This document shows positions 26,003-28,091 of a stretch of DNA of 28,091 bases, one piece after another. Origin of the DNA: Myxococcota bacterium (lineage in GTDB: Bacteria; Myxococcota; UBA4151); NCBI GenBank assembly GCA_036338695.1, contig JAYZBQ010000034.1:1-28091 (forward strand), given 5' to 3'. The notes beneath the pieces were generated by a model. That model was not told the DNA's origin and ran no database searches. It worked only from the letters and a program-made list of their open reading frames with translations. The translations under genes were made by a program, and so were the position numbers. How positions within the stretch are numbered: the stretch's first letter is position 1; each line of letters starts with the position of its first letter.

Positions 26003-26980
26003 ATGCGCGTACTCGCCGCCGCAGCCATGCTGAGCCTGACGCTCGCTTGCCCCGAGAGCATCGAGGGGGACCCACCCCTCGACAGCGGTCCGGCGAGCCC
26101 CGCCGACACAGGCGCTGCTGTTGACGCAGGTACACCGCCTGTAGAGGACGCAGGTGCCGCTGCGGAGGATGCGGGCGTCGCACCGAGTGACGACGCAGGC
26201 TCGGGCGCCCAAGAAGACGCCGGGTCAGCGACGCCCCCCGATGCGGGCGCTCCAGCGGGTCCGTGCGGCAGCCGCGGCGGGATTCAAGACTGCGGCGAGG
26301 GGCGCTTCTGCCTCACCACGCTCGAGGCGAACTGCAACCGGACCGGAATGGGCGGTGAATGCACCGAGATCCCCGAAACTTGCACCCGAGAATACCGGCC
26401 GGTCTGCGGCTGTGACGGCGTCACCTACGACAACGAGTGCATGGCGCATAGCTCCGGTGTCTCGGTGGATCATATGGGCAGCTGCGAAGCCGGCTGCGGC
26501 ATCCCAAACGGGCGAGAATGCGCCCAAGGTCAATTCTGCCTTGACCGCGCCGATGCGTGCGGCGAGCGCCGCCCTGAGGGCGGCACCTGTGAGACCATCA
26601 CGCGCGGCTGCCCCGACGTCTGGCAGCCGGTCTGCGGATGCGATGACCAAACCTACGGCAACCTCTGCGAGCTGATCAACGCACGAGTCCAGCTCAAGGC
26701 CGAGGGCGAGTGCGAGGTGAACCCTCCACCGCCAGGAGACGACGGAGCCTGCGGTCCGCCGCGTCAGCCGATCATGTGCGCGCCGAGTCACTTCTGCGAT
26801 CGCCCCGAAGGGAGTTGTCCCGCGCGCGGCGAGAGCACCGGCGGGACCTGTCAGGTGCGCCCGGAGATGTGTAACCGGCTCTTGAGGCCGGTCTGTGGCT
26901 GCGACAACCAGCAATATGGAAACGCATGTGAAGCGAACGCTGCCGGTACCAGCGTTCGAAACGAAGGGCCCTGCCGCTAG
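26003..26980 (+). CDS. Lipoprotein with three Kazal-type serine protease inhibitor domains
   Basis: RBS GGGAGG; lipobox TLAC; DAG linker; CTREYRPVCGCDGVTYDNEC, CPDVWQPVCGCDDQTYGNLC and CNRLLRPVCGCDNQQYGNAC. Confidence 0.88.
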   Translation: MRVLAAAAMLSLTLACPESIEGDPPLDSGPASPADTGAAVDAGTPPVEDAGAAAEDAGVAPSDDAGSGAQEDAGSATPPDAGAPAGPCGSRGGIQDCGEGRFCLTTLEANCNRTGMGGECTEIPETCTREYRPVCGCDGVTYDNECMAHSSGVSVDHMGSCEAGCGIPNGRECAQGQFCLDRADACGERRPEGGTCETITRGCPDVWQPVCGCDDQTYGNLCELINARVQLKAEGECEVNPPPPGDDGACGPPRQPIMCAPSHFCDRPEGSCPARGESTGGTCQVRPEMCNRLLRPVCGCDNQQYGNACEANAAGTSVRNEGPCR

Positions 26981-27026
26981 CCTGTATGCGGCGGGATCAC
27001 CCGTCCCCCAGCGGTACCGGGACATG

Positions 27027-27057
27027 AGGCTGGCGCTGCCAGTCTTTTGTTCTTTTT
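27027..27057 (+). terminator. Intrinsic terminator after the Kazal gene
   Basis: AGGCTGGC-GCT-GCCAGTCT stem (one G-U pair) followed by TTTGTTCTTTTT. Confidence 0.7.
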
Positions 27058-27123
27058 GATCACGCTCAACGACGCCTCCTCGAAGGTTGCTCTTTAGCCT
27101 TTGGCAGGTCACAAACGGTCATC

Positions 27124-28091
27124 ATGTCCGACGCCCCCTCTCACGACCGCACCGAGCGACGTCGGCGTATCCTTGCGCTCGCCCTACCGATTATCGGGGG
27201 GATGGTGTCGCAGAACCTGCTGAACTTGGTCGACACCGCCATGGTCGGCGCGCTCGGAGATTCGGCGCTCGCTGCCACGGGTGTCGGGGGGTTCGCCTTC
27301 TTTATGGCGATCGCGACGATGATGGGGCTGAGCGCAGCCGTTCAAGCGATGGCGGCGCGCCGCATCGGCGAAGGGCGAGCCGACGAGGCGGCCGCTCCCC
27401 TCAATGGAGCGCTCCTCCTTGCGCTCGGCTTCGGCGTCCCGCTGACCGCTGCGCTCGTCTGGGCGACGCCCTGGTTCTTCCCCCTGCTCAACAGCGACCC
27501 TGCGGTCTATGAACAAGGCGTGCCCTACCTCCAATATCGCCTCGCCACGCTGGCGCTCGGCGGCATGGCTTTTGGGTTTCGCGGTTTCTTTAACGGTATC
27601 GGCCGCCCCATCGTCTACATGCGCACCTTGATGATCACGCATGTCGTGAACATCGTGCTCAACTACCTCCTTATCTTTGGCGCGTTCGGTGCGCCCAAGC
27701 TCGGGGTCGTGGGTGCAGGCATCGGCAGCGCCATCGCGACCTGTGTCGCTGCCTTGATCTACGGATTCCAAGCCTGGCTCGAGGCGCGTGACAAAGGATT
27801 TTTGCGCAGCCTTCCTGGGCGGGCGGCGCTGCGCTCACTGGTGGCGCTGTCGGTCCCAGCGAGCGCCCAACAATTTCTCTTCGCAGCCGGGCTCACGGTC
27901 ATGTTTTGGATCATCGGTTTAGTCGGCACCCAAGCGACGGCGGCGGCGAGCGTTTTGGTCAACATCATGCTGGTCGCCATTTTGCCGGGCGTCGGGATGG
28001 GGCTTGCGGCGGCGACCCTCGTCGGTCAGGCGCTCGGGCGCGGCGACCCCGATGATGCGGAGCGCTGGGGGTGGGACGTCGCCCGCCTCGC
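27124..28091 (+). CDS. MATE-family efflux transporter (3' end runs off the window)
   Basis: Not in the ORF track; from ATG 27124: ILALALPIIGGMVSQNLLNLVDTAMVGALGDSALAATG...NIVLNYLLIFGAFGAPKLGVVGAGIGS...TLVGQALGRGD; frame is open to the window end. Confidence 0.93.
   Translation, partial: MSDAPSHDRTERRRRILALALPIIGGMVSQNLLNLVDTAMVGALGDSALAATGVGGFAFFMAIATMMGLSAAVQAMAARRIGEGRADEAAAPLNGALLLALGFGVPLTAALVWATPWFFPLLNSDPAVYEQGVPYLQYRLATLALGGMAFGFRGFFNGIGRPIVYMRTLMITHVVNIVLNYLLIFGAFGAPKLGVVGAGIGSAIATCVAALIYGFQAWLEARDKGFLRSLPGRAALRSLVALSVPASAQQFLFAAGLTVMFWIIGLVGTQATAAASVLVNIMLVAILPGVGMGLAAATLVGQALGRGDPDDAERWGWDVARL

Overview
A GC-rich (roughly two-thirds G+C by eye), gene-dense bacterial chromosomal segment. 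Its D-[A/T/S]-G-linker lipoproteins and myxobacterial-type Cys-rich repeats suggest Myxococcota or a related deltaproteobacterial lineage (inference). Recognisable housekeeping content: a PD40-repeat (probably amidohydrolase-type) gene cut by the left edge, alkB-family dioxygenase, an Rrf2-sufBCDS operon with no sufE/sufU, hrpB, a fabH-like synthase, DedA/VTT-gloB, hemE-hemY-hemA, a GNAT, a POT peptide transporter, and a MATE transporter cut by the right edge. Five modular lipoproteins with no recognisable catalytic domain and one putative beta-barrel protein are interspersed. The most unusual items are (1) a POT transporter with a ~150-aa insertion carrying a GspG-pseudopilin-like motif, divergent from PPC-domain and Kazal-inhibitor lipoproteins, (2) a ~138-nt highly structured intergenic element at 14971-15108, and (3) a candidate Rrf2 operator palindrome upstream of suf. 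I saw no rRNA, tRNA, CRISPR array, transposase or integrase. All family calls come from motif recognition by eye; no searches were run.
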